From NCBI GenBank assembly GCA_021613535.1, contig CP075492.1:6572001-6636000 (forward strand): a stretch of 64,000 nucleotides of DNA, read 5' to 3'. The notes beneath the pieces are model-generated. The model ran no database searches, was not told the origin of the DNA, and saw nothing but the letters and a program-made list of their open reading frames with translations. This stretch comes from Adineta vaga. Taxonomy: Eukaryota > Animalia > Rotifera. Position 1 is the stretch's first letter. Each line of letters opens with the position of its first letter. Below are positions 49,788 through 62,114 of the stretch, piece after piece. The position numbers were made by a program, and so were the translations under genes.

Positions 49788-52231
49788 TATCATTCGATTT
49801 TGTTCATTTTCATGTTTGTTTTTTATATAAATCAAAGTGAAACTTTGACCGAAAAAAATGCAAAGAATTCTTGATTGTCGACTTCTTTTTTTTCTAAAGT
49901 AGAAAACTCTTTCACCTAAATATGTTGATTAGATTTTTTTGACACATTCGTTTTTTATGTGTCAATCTTTCAATCTTATTTACAATTCATTACATAAAAT
50001 AACTAGAACTATTCATTATTATTAATAATGACGTGCTTGGAAACATCATTGATTTGATTAGTAGATCTTTTGAAAAACTAACAAATTGATCGAGAAGAAA
50101 AAGAAAAGAGAATAGAAAGAACATTTCCTTTTGTTTCCCATTCGAAATAATGTTACTATCATTTCTACTCGAAAGAACATTATTTTTAAAAATATAAGAA
50201 ATTCTTCAAGATTTCGCCCATATATGACAGTTAACGGAAATGAATGTGCATCATCAAGACTGACTAAATTAGTATCATTGAAGTGACTTTATTCTAACAT
50301 ATGATAAGTATTTAAGAAAAGTTTTCAATATTGATCATGTACGTAGTCGAAGAGTAAATAAAGTAAATATTGATTCTCATCTTCATGATTTCCTCCAATG
50401 GTTTCATGATTAACAAAAAAGGTGGGAAAGTTCCGTATATGACGATTTATTTCTGTAAGTACTCACAACTAAATGACGACATTCATAGAAAGCGAAAATA
50501 TAATTAAGAGAGTAGATTTTTTTCACATATTTGAAACTATATTTTCAGTTATTGTTCATTGACACTTCTATTTGTTGATTAGTTTTTTTTCTCTATCACT
50601 CTCTCTCTCTTTCTCAATATATATATATATATTGAGATATTATTTCTATATTTTGAACGGAGGATCGTCAGTTAAACAAAATGTAAGTAGTGTTTTAGGA
50701 AGAAAATCTCTCGATGAATAATTCAGAAGTCGAATAATGCCTTTCAAGTAATGCTATCGTCATCAAATGTACTTTTGTATAGTGCAGACATTAAGTCGAT
50801 GTCATTTGACTGTCGAATTGATTCACCAACGCTCTTTTCCTTTTCTCCTCTCTTTCTTTCTCTTCGTTTCCGGAAAAACTAATCAATCAATCGTTCCATT
50901 TCTCTAACTCTCATTATTTCTTTTTCTCTATCTTCATACTTCAGTTTTGTTAACAAGTATAAATATTTTATAAAGATAATAGCAGAGATATGTAAGTAAA
51001 ATTTGAATAGGATTATTTTTTTCTATATCTGTCAGGTTCATCTTTGTAAATAAAATGATTCGTTTGAAAGATTATTTTGTACTTTGATTTACTATAATCT
51101 GTGCGGTTTTTTTGAACGTGACATGCAATGTGCCCTTTTGATTGAACTATATTCTCCCACGAATGAATATGAATATTTTAGGTAGTAGAATAAAACGTTC
51201 ATGCTGTCATCAGCTCGAATGACATAATATAATTATTATATATTTAATTCATATTGGTTTCATGCGGATTTTAGATAGACAGTCAGAATGCGTGGGTGAT
51301 GAGTAGGAGATGAATACAAAAGTTCAGTTGATTTATTTTCTTTTTCCTCTCTCTCTCACTCTCTTTTGTATTTGAAATCCATTTGATTGGAAATTCTTAT
51401 TTATTTTCTACTTATCTTGTGTATGTGTGTGTGTGCTAAAGAAAGAAAGAGAGAGAGAGAGAGAGTAGCTTTTAGAGGATGTAAAATGTAATGGAGAGGA
51501 ATGATGTTTAATATAAGACATTTCAATAGGGTCTTATGTCGTCATAGTGTTGATTGCGTGTATTATTGTTTGTCACCTAACTGAATTGTCAGCGAGTATA
51601 ATTTGATCACAAGATTTGCCAATGTCTTTCAATTAGGATAACGATGAATTGTGACACGACAGCTCTGTTTATTCCATATTCGAATTCAATAGACGACAAG
51701 ATATATTCAGAAGAAAGAAATATAAGAGAATAGAGGGAAAAAAAAGATTCGCAATCAACGTCAACCGAACAGCACATTACTAATTCTCTCATAGAGACAT
51801 ATTCTCATTTGATATCTCTTGAGAATTTTTAAAATTGCAATGAAAAAAAAAGAAATAAGATGAATATATGTGAGTAATAAGTACCATTAGTTGCCTATCA
51901 ATCTTCAGAGTAAGTATAACCAATAATTTCTTATTTTTTCAAAAGCAAAAAAGAATCTATTAGATTTGATTTAAGTAAAAAACAATATCTCAAAAATGCA
52001 AGTATATTAAATATTCAATTTTTATTAGAAACATGTTAGCGTGTCACGAACAAAAGGAAAATAGTTCTGTAGATTTTTATTCTTTCATATCTTTAAAACG
52101 TTTTTTTTTCATTGTATATAAGCATGTCAAGTTCAAGTATATATATATATATCTATCTCTGTCATGTTTAGTTTACTTGTTTTCTATTTCAGAATACCCT
52201 TCGAACTGCTAATTCCTTCTCCTTTTTCATA

Positions 52232-52759
52232 ATGTTCTTCGACATATTGGCTATATTCATTGTTACACTTCTCTCGTCATTGTTTTTATCTACCACATCC
52301 ATATATGGTTTACCATCATCAGCATCAACTTTGCAATACATTGCTAATTCTCCATCTGCTGATCTATCTTCTTCACTCAGGCTTATTAAACATCGTCCGG
52401 TAACGAGTGTTGATAATGATTCAGGTGGTGATATTTCAGAAATGTTCATTGACGAAAGTAATGAAGTTAATGATAAATTCAATGAACCATTATTTCTAGT
52501 AGAAAATCAACCTCAACGAAAACGATTGGCACCGACGACACGATTTCATGTAAATTCAGCTGTTGCAACACTTGCTGAATCTCCATCATCCAATGCCGAT
52601 TATGATCAATTTCAAGAACCGATACGTTTATCACCATCATTGAAAAAATTAGTCGAAACAAATCCGTTTGCGCGTGCTTGGCTTACGATGCTTTTACAAA
52701 AACTTATGCAAGAACAGCCAGTACCATACATTTTTAAATATGGTCGACGTCGAAAATAA
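52232..52759 (+). CDS. Secreted neuropeptide precursor ending in an amidation signal (…YIFKY-G-RRRK)
   Basis: Hydrophobic signal peptide, internal RKR and KK sites, terminal G-RRRK*. A splice acceptor at 52192 indicates upstream non-coding exons. Confidence 0.75.
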   Translation: MFFDILAIFIVTLLSSLFLSTTSIYGLPSSASTLQYIANSPSADLSSSLRLIKHRPVTSVDNDSGGDISEMFIDESNEVNDKFNEPLFLVENQPQRKRLAPTTRFHVNSAVATLAESPSSNADYDQFQEPIRLSPSLKKLVETNPFARAWLTMLLQKLMQEQPVPYIFKYGRRRK

Positions 52760-53759
52760 GTCATACAGAATATTTCAGAGACAAATCGCAAGTCAAGAAA
52801 GTCGCGTTATTTAATCATCGCACAACTTCTTTCTTATATCACCGATATCATCATCAATATCAAGATTGTGTCTGAATGTACCGGAGACCCAGAATAAAAT
52901 TCCTTTACCATAACAAAAATTTTTTTTTTCATTTATATATATATATATAAAACATATACACACAGAGCACAATACAAGAAAAACACTATCATATCATATG
53001 AGTTATAATTTTCATCGATAAGATGTTAATTTTATTATATAAGTACATTAAAAATTTATGCTTTTAGTAGACACTATTGTTGTAGAGGACAATGTCAATT
53101 CAAGGTTAGATGTCTATATCGTTTTTTAGTACTCATTTAATTATTTATGATATGTATAACGATATTGATAAAAGAAAAAATAAGACAACGCGTTCGTAGA
53201 CAAGTCAATCATATGATTATAATTGTATAAGAAATCGTTCTTCGACCTGTCAAGAAATAAGAATGAATAATGATGGTCCCAATGGATACCGTTTAAATAA
53301 CTTCGGGATTTTTATCATGAATATTAAACAAAAATATATGACTTTCGGTTATTAATCTTATTGTCTTTAAGTGTCAGAAGAAAAGCTCGAGAAAATATCA
53401 TTCAATCTTTGGAAGATTAAGTGTAGAATCGATGTTTACATATAAAATAGGAGTATTCGATAACTAAGAATATCAGATATTAACGTCATCTATGATGGAA
53501 AACTAACGAACTAATATTTCAAAATAATTCATTGTATTTGTCTTTATTGATTATTAAAGAGTGGAATTTAATGAATGATTTATTCAATCCTTTGAAATCT
53601 AAAGATATTTTTAATCATTATTATAAAATCTGTTATTTATATTCTGAACAAACAAATCAAATCATATTCATATAGATAGATAGATAGATTTCTTTCGTTC
53701 TTTATTTGAAATATTCGACTCGACTGAATTACCCTACTTTGACTTTTCTATTTTCAATT

Positions 53760-56537
53760 ATGGCTACAATTTTATTGACAAATGTGAAATTATTTGATAA
53801 ATTATTAGGTAGAACAACTTTTCTAATTAAATAACTATTTCACATGATCAATTATATACATTCTCATTGCATAGATAAAGCAACAAGTCCACTTCTACTT
53901 GAAACAGATTGGAAATCGATTCTTCAACTTTGTGATGTAATCAAAACACAAGAAGTCGGGTACGTCATTTTCCTTTCAAGTGAATTTACAAAAAACACAC
54001 ACGCATAGTCACATCGCACTCCGATGCTTAGTTATCATTACAATTTTGGATATATTTTGATTTTAGATCGAAATACACTATTCAAGCAATCAAGAAAAAA
54101 TTTCGTCATGAAAATCCACATGTTATTCTCAATTCACTTCAAGTAACTATTGTATCTAACTAGTTATGAACTATAAAGTTTGTTGTTTTATAGTGTATGG
54201 AATCAGTTGTGAAAAATTGTGGTGCGTTAATTCATAAAGAAATTGCACAGAAAGATACGATGGATGCATTAAAAGATTTAGCTAAAGTAAAATCAATAAA
54301 GTATTGAAAGAAAAAAAACTACCAGTAATGTGTTTTATGATTTAGAAAAGTCCTGATCAAATTCGTGATAAAGTACTTGAAATGATTCAATGTTGGTCAT
54401 ATGGTCTTGGTATATTTGATTAGATGTATGAGATAACGATTGAGATATCGTCTTTCTTCTAGGTTCACAATACAAAATTTTAACAGATACGTATGATCAG
54501 ATGAAAACAGAAAATTATCATTTTCCATCATTGAAAGAGAGTGAAGCAATGTTTCAAAATAATGATGTAGTACCAGAATGGCGTGATGATAAAGAATGTT
54601 TTCGTTGTCGACAAGTATTTACAACATTTGTACGCAAAGTAAATGTAAATATTATGATATGTTTCATTTTCTTAACAAGTTCTCTCCGTTTGTTTTCAGC
54701 ATCATTGTCGAGCATGCGGAAATAGTTTTTGTGATAAATGTAAAATATTGTCATATTTGAGATGAAATATCATCATTCATGTGTTGTATTTCAGGTTCAT
54801 CAAAATATTGTTCGATTCCGAAATTTAATATTGATCGCGATGTACGAGTTTGTGAAGTTTGTTATGAACAATTAACAACTGGGTAAGGTTGTATTACCAG
54901 TATGAAATTCGTTTCGATGACGTACTAAGAACATGTTTGAATTAATCTTGAAATAGTCTGGTGGAATCTTGTTTAATTTGGAACTCGTTTCCAAAGGGTT
55001 ATGAATATAGATTTCCTTTCAGAGTGTTCATCTACAAAGAATATGTTCTTCTGTATTAGAGTATTCATGACAATCAAACCCACTGTATCTTCATCGACAA
55101 AACCAGTACTTTCACAAGTAATTCGAATAGCATTTAATAAATAAAGAATGAATAGTGATACTCTTTCAGACAAAAGGTCGATTGACAATCAACGAAGAAG
55201 AATCTCTTCAACTGGCTTTAGCTATGTCAAAAAGTGATGCTGAAGAAAAAGAACGTCAAAAGAAAAAGTTAACTGAAAAATATGCTCAATCGATGGTATT
55301 TTTTATTCTCTTCATTTATTCACTATTCTATCTTTTATTTCTCAAGAATTCATCTAATAATCCTGATACTCCATCAAGAGAATTGAACAAATACATTGAA
55401 GATAAACACAAAGAACAACAAAATCTTCCAAATGAAATAGCACCTGTAAAAATCTTGAAAGTATTTCCTAATTTCACTTCTTCATTTAGAAAGAAACTGA
55501 TCATTTCATTAGTGATAATGAAATCGATAAATTTATCAGTCTCGTTATCGAACATATCAATCAATTCAAATTACGAATGCTAAGTGATCAACAACGAAAT
55601 CGAAATGTATCGAATGATACTGCTGTACAATCCGCTTTTGTTGTTCTACAACATTTACATCCTGAATTACATCGTTTCATTCGATTACTTGATGATAAAC
55701 GAGGTAAGATTATTATGAAATATTTTCGTATTCATAGACAAATAAGCATTATTTTAGCTTTCTATGAGAATTTACAAGATAAATTAACTCAATTGAAAGA
55801 TGCTCGAGAAGCATTGAATGCTTTACGAAGTGAACATTATGAAAGAAAACAACAAGAAACATTCGAACGTGATCGACAACGACAAATACTATTAGCACAA
55901 AAACTTGATTTTATGAGACAAAAGAAACAAGTGAATATTATTCTGATTTATAATGAACATAAGATCTTATTTCGTTTCTAGGAATATCTCGAATATCAAC
56001 GACAAATTTATCTTCAACATTTAGTTCAACAAGAATTAGAAATGAAAAATCGTCTCGAACAACAACGTCAATGGACATTAACATGTGAACAAAACTCTCA
56101 TCTCGTAATCTAAATTGATTTACTCAACAATCTTTAACGGATAGTTTTTCTAGCCTGATTTCCTACAATAATTTACCTGTTCAATACAATTCTCTAAATA
56201 TCTATCCATCAGATGTGACAAATAACATTACCGGTATGTTATTATTCTTAGATGATATCTTTTTTTTTTATCTTAATAAGATATGTATCATCGATATCGA
56301 ATTCTGTTAGTGTTAATGGTTAACCAATAGAATAACGAAATTTTACTCTTTTCTCCGATATTACAAACCTGACTCAATATGTCTATTTGTTTAGATAATA
56401 CTTACACGAAATCTGCTGGACAGATCTTACTAACGAATTCAAATGTACCATACATTCAACATTATCAACAAGAGCAACAAATACCTTCGATGGAGAATGA
56501 ATATCATTCTGAACCACAATTGATTACTTTAAATTAA
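53760..56537 (+). CDS. HGS: HGS/Hrs (ESCRT-0): VHS-FYVE-UIM-coiled coil
   Basis: DKATSPLLLETDW, CMESVVKNCG, FPSLKESEAMF, FYVE RKHHCRACG..RVCEVCY, UIM EEESLQLALAMS, FYENLQDKLTQLKDAREALNALR, and a terminal QLITLN. There is a frame break near 56160 (see findings). Confidence 0.92.
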
Positions 56538-57024
56538 ACGTTAATCTACGCCTTTTTTTAATATAGATTTGTAACTATCACCTTTTGCAGCGTATTTTTC
56601 TCCTTCTTTTGGCATAAATTTCATATTATAAATATAGTGTTTCATTGATCAAAAAAATAAATAATCATGAGTCAAAATCAATCATTTCATGACATTATGT
56701 ACCTAGGCATTCCTCAATGAATAAATAATGACTATGACATTGTTAACGAACAAAACTGCTGTATATCAAAGTACGAAAGAACGAATAATCGAAGAATGTG
56801 AGAGCAAGTAGAATGTTGTCTATATAGCGAGCAGTTTCTTTCTTCTCTTTCCTTTCTTCTTCTAACGGTAGACGTACACCCACGCATAAGCATATCTATA
56901 TATAGACGTACATTACTTTCAGATAATCAGTAAATCACTATTTCATCTCCAATTACTATCCTATTGATCGATAGCTGATCTCTTGCTTTATCTGGTAAAA
57001 TTTCTCTCGTGTTTTAAATACAAA

Positions 57025-57389
57025 ATGAGTGGTATTATTCATCGTCAACAAAAATATTGTTCATCAACAATCCAGCCATTGGATCGACATTTATCTGAAA
57101 TTGCCGAATCTGATGGATCAATTTATATCAATGCTGGAATTGATTCAACTTGGTTAGCTTTTTGAAGAATATTATTATTTTTTTATCTTATTGAATGTTT
57201 GTTTTTCTTCTATTCTATATTAGTTGTAAAAAGCAAAGTCGAACAATACACAAATTAACCAATGGTATCATCGTATCGGCTAACACGAGAAAATGTAAAG
57301 ATTATAATGATGATTTATTAAGTAGAAGTTCTCATGGAGGACAATGTAGTTCAAGAAGTAATGATTGTTGTTTATATTGTGGTAAATAA
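57025..57389 (+). CDS. Small (~100 aa) Cys-containing protein of unknown family, 2 exons
   Basis: ATG 57025 with an in-frame intron (~57153-57223) gives MSGIIHRQQKYC..GSIYINAGIDSTCCKKQSR..NDCCLYCGK*. It has coding-like composition and is followed by a long U-rich 3' region. Confidence 0.55.
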
Positions 57390-58137
57390 AATTCAGTATA
57401 ATAGACATTTGCTTTATTGCATCATTTAAAAAAATGAATTTTTCTTTTGTTGTTAGTTTGTTTTGTTATTGTACAGAAAATTCTATTTTGTTTCGTTCTT
57501 TTTCTATTGTGCATTATTGGAAAGAAAACACAGTGAAAATGAACCACATTTAGATTGTATTTAATTACTGTTTATTTTGTGCTTATTATGACGATTTGTT
57601 AAAAACAAAGGTTTTTTTTTTCTTTGTATTTTTGTTTGTTCAATTAATCAAAATATAAAAAGTAAAGATTGATGATTATGAATATATATAATGATCTTAT
57701 CTAGTTGATTCTTTCAAGGCCTCGCTCGGAAACGACTGTTATAATAAAAATTGCATTATCTAGCATTGACAAATCAGGAAATAGGAATATATAACAAAAC
57801 GGCATATGCCGACTATACGATGTCAGTGATTTCATCTATTCTCCAAGCTAAAAGAGAATTTCATTCGACTAACAATAATTAAATTGCTAACTTTTTTTTG
57901 AAAATCGACTATTATATTTTATTGAAATAAATTTCATTTTCAATGAATGTTTTCATTATTAAAATCTGTCTATCCAAACGTCTGTTTTTCATTCGTTCAT
58001 ACTAAACCAATGAATACATGGTCCCTTGTTTGTTTATTTTTTTTTGCTATCCAAATATATAAAGCTTATTGAATCTATTCATATTTTTTTTCTATTTCTT
58101 CAATTGAAACTAGTTACAAAAAGAATTTGTTTAATAA

Positions 58138-59781
58138 TGAGTACTTCAACAAATGAACCGATTGTAACTGAAGATCATTCATCTTCACGCGATGAGCAAC
58201 AACAACAGACACAGCAACAGCGCTATCCATCTACTAACTCATCATCACGACATTCAACACCGAATTCATCTGGTGGAGAAAAACAATTTCATTTTGGAAA
58301 TAATAATAATAATAATAATAATGAACGGTATATGACAGATTCAATGAATATTCTTCGTATACAATTTTCATTTTAGTGGTTCGGGACAAAATTCTCGAAC
58401 AAGTTCAGTTGCTGAATCAACAACAGTTAATACAGAAGGATTTTCCAACTATACAGAAATAATTCAGCATCTTCAAGCAGGTTAGTAACAATGCATGACA
58501 CATGTTATTCTATTGCTGTTAGTCCTTTTGTATCTATCTTATGAGAAGATCTGTATTTTATTATCAAACAAATGAATCTTCTCGATATATGTTCGACTCC
58601 TAACCAACTATTATCACTACTCGGATATTTATTATTCTAGTGTATCAAATATAGATATCATATCGCGATCTTTTTTCATTTAGTTTGGAATAATCACAAC
58701 AAATCAGTTGATGGTGGCCGTCGGACAGGTCACAATTCAGGACAAATATCCGGTAACGATCCTAATCATAATGAAACTGGTTCATCAAATTATTCAAAAG
58801 ATCATTCACAAACAGCATCCGCATCTCAACAACAGCAACATTATTCTCATCATCAATCTGGTCAACAACAGAATAATCAATATTCGGGACAACAATATCG
58901 AAATAATTATAATAATTCTCGTCGAACTGGCGGCGGCGGCGGCGGTGGTGGTGGTGGTAGTGGCAGTTATTCTCGAAATTATAGTGGTGGAAGTAATGAA
59001 GGATATTGGAACCAAAAACCAACTCGTTTTTCAGCTAATCGTCCCGTAAATAGTCTTATGACAAATTCAAATAATTACCAGCAGCAGCAACCATCTCAGT
59101 CCTCACCACCGACACAGCGCCGTCAAGGTGATATACAACAACAGTATCATCAAAATGACCAACAATCATCACAATCGTATCATAAAAGTGAGACTTAAGG
59201 ATTTGTTTTCTTTTTCATGTTTACAATACATCTATTATAAATATAAATAAACATAATATTCGAGAAAATACAGATTGATAGCAAATGAATCAATTAAATA
59301 TTCATCTCAAGTGGTAGGTATATAATATATGAGTGAGATAAGAAAGGAATATAGATTGTCGTTCGGTGTTTCGTATGTTGCACAGAATAGTTAGTTGACA
59401 GATCAAATTCATCTTGTTAGACAAGACATATGTCATTCTATAGTATTATTTCAATATACATGTTGATCAATGCTAATGAGAAACAGCGTTATAAATCTAA
59501 TTCAAATGCAGACAGTTTTCATCAATCGTACTTGTTAATCATTAGTAGTTAGAAATGACTGAAAATTTCTTTATTTAGAAAATCGTTCCGATCATGATCG
59601 TCGTCCTAATGGTTACAATTCTCAACAACAACAACAACAACAACAACAACCATCTTCTGATTATTCATTAAACAGTCATCATCAAGCAACTAACAGTGTT
59701 CAAAATCTCACCTCATCTGATCATTCACATATTAGTACAACTCAATCATTTCCAAGCAATTTAAGTTCTTACAATAGATAG
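58138..59781 (+). CDS. Q/N/S/G-rich low-complexity (prion-like) protein, 4 exons
   Basis: In-frame GT-AG splicing of exons 58138-58327, ~58377-58480, 58684-59187 and 59579-59781; contains poly-Q, poly-N and poly-G tracts and YN/YS repeats. Confidence 0.7.
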
Positions 59782-60528
59782 TTTCTTTTGCCGCTTTTCT
59801 TTTCATGTAGCTATTTGTTAAATATGAAAAAAAATCTTTTCTTTTTTCTGCAACTATAAGAGGTTCTACACTCTCTAAACAATATATCCGGCAGTTAGGT
59901 AGTATTATTCCTTCTCTATTTATATATATATATACACAAAGAAAAAAGAAATCTACAACATTTTTTTCTTCTTTGATTTATTCTTGTTGTCGTTGTTGTG
60001 TGTTTTACCTTTTTACTAGAAAAAAAAACATTGTTTTCTGTGTCGTTCGTTCGTTCGTTCATTTCGTTGTTTGTTCGGTTCTTTTCTAATGTCTATGTTA
60101 TTGGTTTGATTTTGTTCGACGTTCTTTCTTTCTTTCTTTTTTTTAAATGATGAAATATTCAAAACAGAAAAAAACAACTTTAAGTTTTTATATATCTATA
60201 TTCTTTAGATAAAATATATTTATTGGAATTATCTTACAATGTATGGTATCTATAATCAACATTGTTGATACAAAACAGTTACGTACAATTGAATGAACTT
60301 ATATTCAATGAATAGTTTCGCAATTACATTCACGCTTTTTCGCATTTCACACTAATCTATTTAAGTCCGCATATATTCTCTATATAGCTAATAGAATTTA
60401 TTCATTCATGTTCTATGATTTTTAGTATATACAAACGAATACTAACGCATTATCTAATAGAATCATGTTTGATCGCCTAGAAAAATATGCTTTTATTTCT
60501 TATCGATATCGATTTTTTTTTATAGATC

Positions 60529-61371
60529 ATGGTAATCAAACTAGTTGATCTGTGTGCAAGCACAGTAGTCAATCATTTTAACATGATAATAAGTACGCAA
60601 TCATCAAGATTAACTGCACTTTCTGTCGATCTGAAAGCACGTCTATTTCTTTTACTTTCTCATCGTGGTTTGATTACTGATGATAATCTATCCTATTTAC
60701 TCAATTGTCGTACACGTACATTTGATTTTCGCGATTGTATGAATATAACAGATCAGTCTTTAATTTTAATGGCTCGTTGTTCATTAACTGCTCAAATAGA
60801 ACGTAAACGTATTGAATCAAATCAAAATCAAACTCAAATTTCATCATTTCAAATAACATCTGTATTGAATCCATCGGTTATTTATCTTCATGGAATGAAT
60901 ATAACAGATAATGGTTTAATCGATTTCGTTCAGCAATATCCATCTTTACGAAAAATTCGTTTACAAAATTGTTCACATATAACTGATGAAAGTATAAGTG
61001 CAATAGGAAAATATTGCTTACGTTTAATGGAACTTGATCTAACCGGTTGTATACAAATAACTGATGAAGGTGTTCAACATCTTCGACAATTACCATATCT
61101 TCGATCATTAAGTTTATCACAAACACGCATAAGTGACAATTCTCTAATTGCCATTGGACAATCATCATTTCATTATACATTGAATGAGATTAATTTGAAA
61201 ATGTGCGAAGAAATTACAGATGATGGTTTTGTATTTTTACTAAAAAATTGTCCAAAATTAAAGAAAGTTGGATTTATTCATTGTCCGAAATTAACGGAAA
61301 AATCGAGAGAAATTTTTAATGCACAAACGCATCAATTCTCCTTTCTTCTTCGAACGATTCCGGTTACATGA
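60529..61371 (+). CDS. AMN1: AMN1-like Cys-containing LRR protein, single exon
   Basis: LVDLC..LSVDLKARLFLLLSHRGLITDDNLSYLLNCRTRTFDFRDC matches the AMN1 N-terminus; it has several L..C..ITD repeats. Confidence 0.8.
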   Translation: MVIKLVDLCASTVVNHFNMIISTQSSRLTALSVDLKARLFLLLSHRGLITDDNLSYLLNCRTRTFDFRDCMNITDQSLILMARCSLTAQIERKRIESNQNQTQISSFQITSVLNPSVIYLHGMNITDNGLIDFVQQYPSLRKIRLQNCSHITDESISAIGKYCLRLMELDLTGCIQITDEGVQHLRQLPYLRSLSLSQTRISDNSLIAIGQSSFHYTLNEINLKMCEEITDDGFVFLLKNCPKLKKVGFIHCPKLTEKSREIFNAQTHQFSFLLRTIPVT

Positions 61372-62114
61372 GAGCATGACAAATAGAAATTTATTTATCC
61401 CGGTGTTGTATTTTCATATATTGTATAAAAAAAAAGTCAATATTTTATCGAGAATAAATTCGTGTTAATAATATTTATAAAACTGTCCAATGCATCGATC
61501 GAATCGAAACATAGTATATCTTCTATAGACAAAAGAAATCATTGAACGTTAATAGATATGACCAACGATAAAACATCAGTATTGTCAATTCTTCTGTTTA
61601 TTATATTGGATATTTGCATATATATATATATATATGTCATTCATTTTTAGAAAACTTCAAATAATCTACACCTATTTCAATAATAATTTGTTTTCGTAGT
61701 ATTTCCTTCAAATATCCATGAATTGATTTTATCATAATACACACATATATTTCATAGAATCAGTATGTATGTACGTATATGGAAAAAAAAGAAAAACGAA
61801 ATCGCTTGAAAGAACAGCCTCATGATGGAGTAGAAGGGGAAGACGGAGGGAACATGATGTACACATATTTTTATCTGTTTTATTTCTATAACGAAAAAAA
61901 AAAGGTAATACTCGTCTTTCTTCACACTAACAAACGTGTTTATGTGGCAAAAAAAATCAAGCACTTATTTTTGATGATACATAACTCAGCCAGGTAAATA
62001 TTCATTGATTAATTCAATGTCCTTCTTGTAAGTAGACTCTCATCATATCTAGTTATATAAGGAGAGAATCATATTCTTCAAGGAAATGTTTTCGAAGAAT
62101 TCTTCTCTTTTTAG

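Noticed and set aside
58708-59049. Overlapping ORFs with poly-Ala/Val/Thr/His runs
   Set aside because: Alternative-frame readings of the GGC/GGT poly-Gly tract of the prion-like gene.
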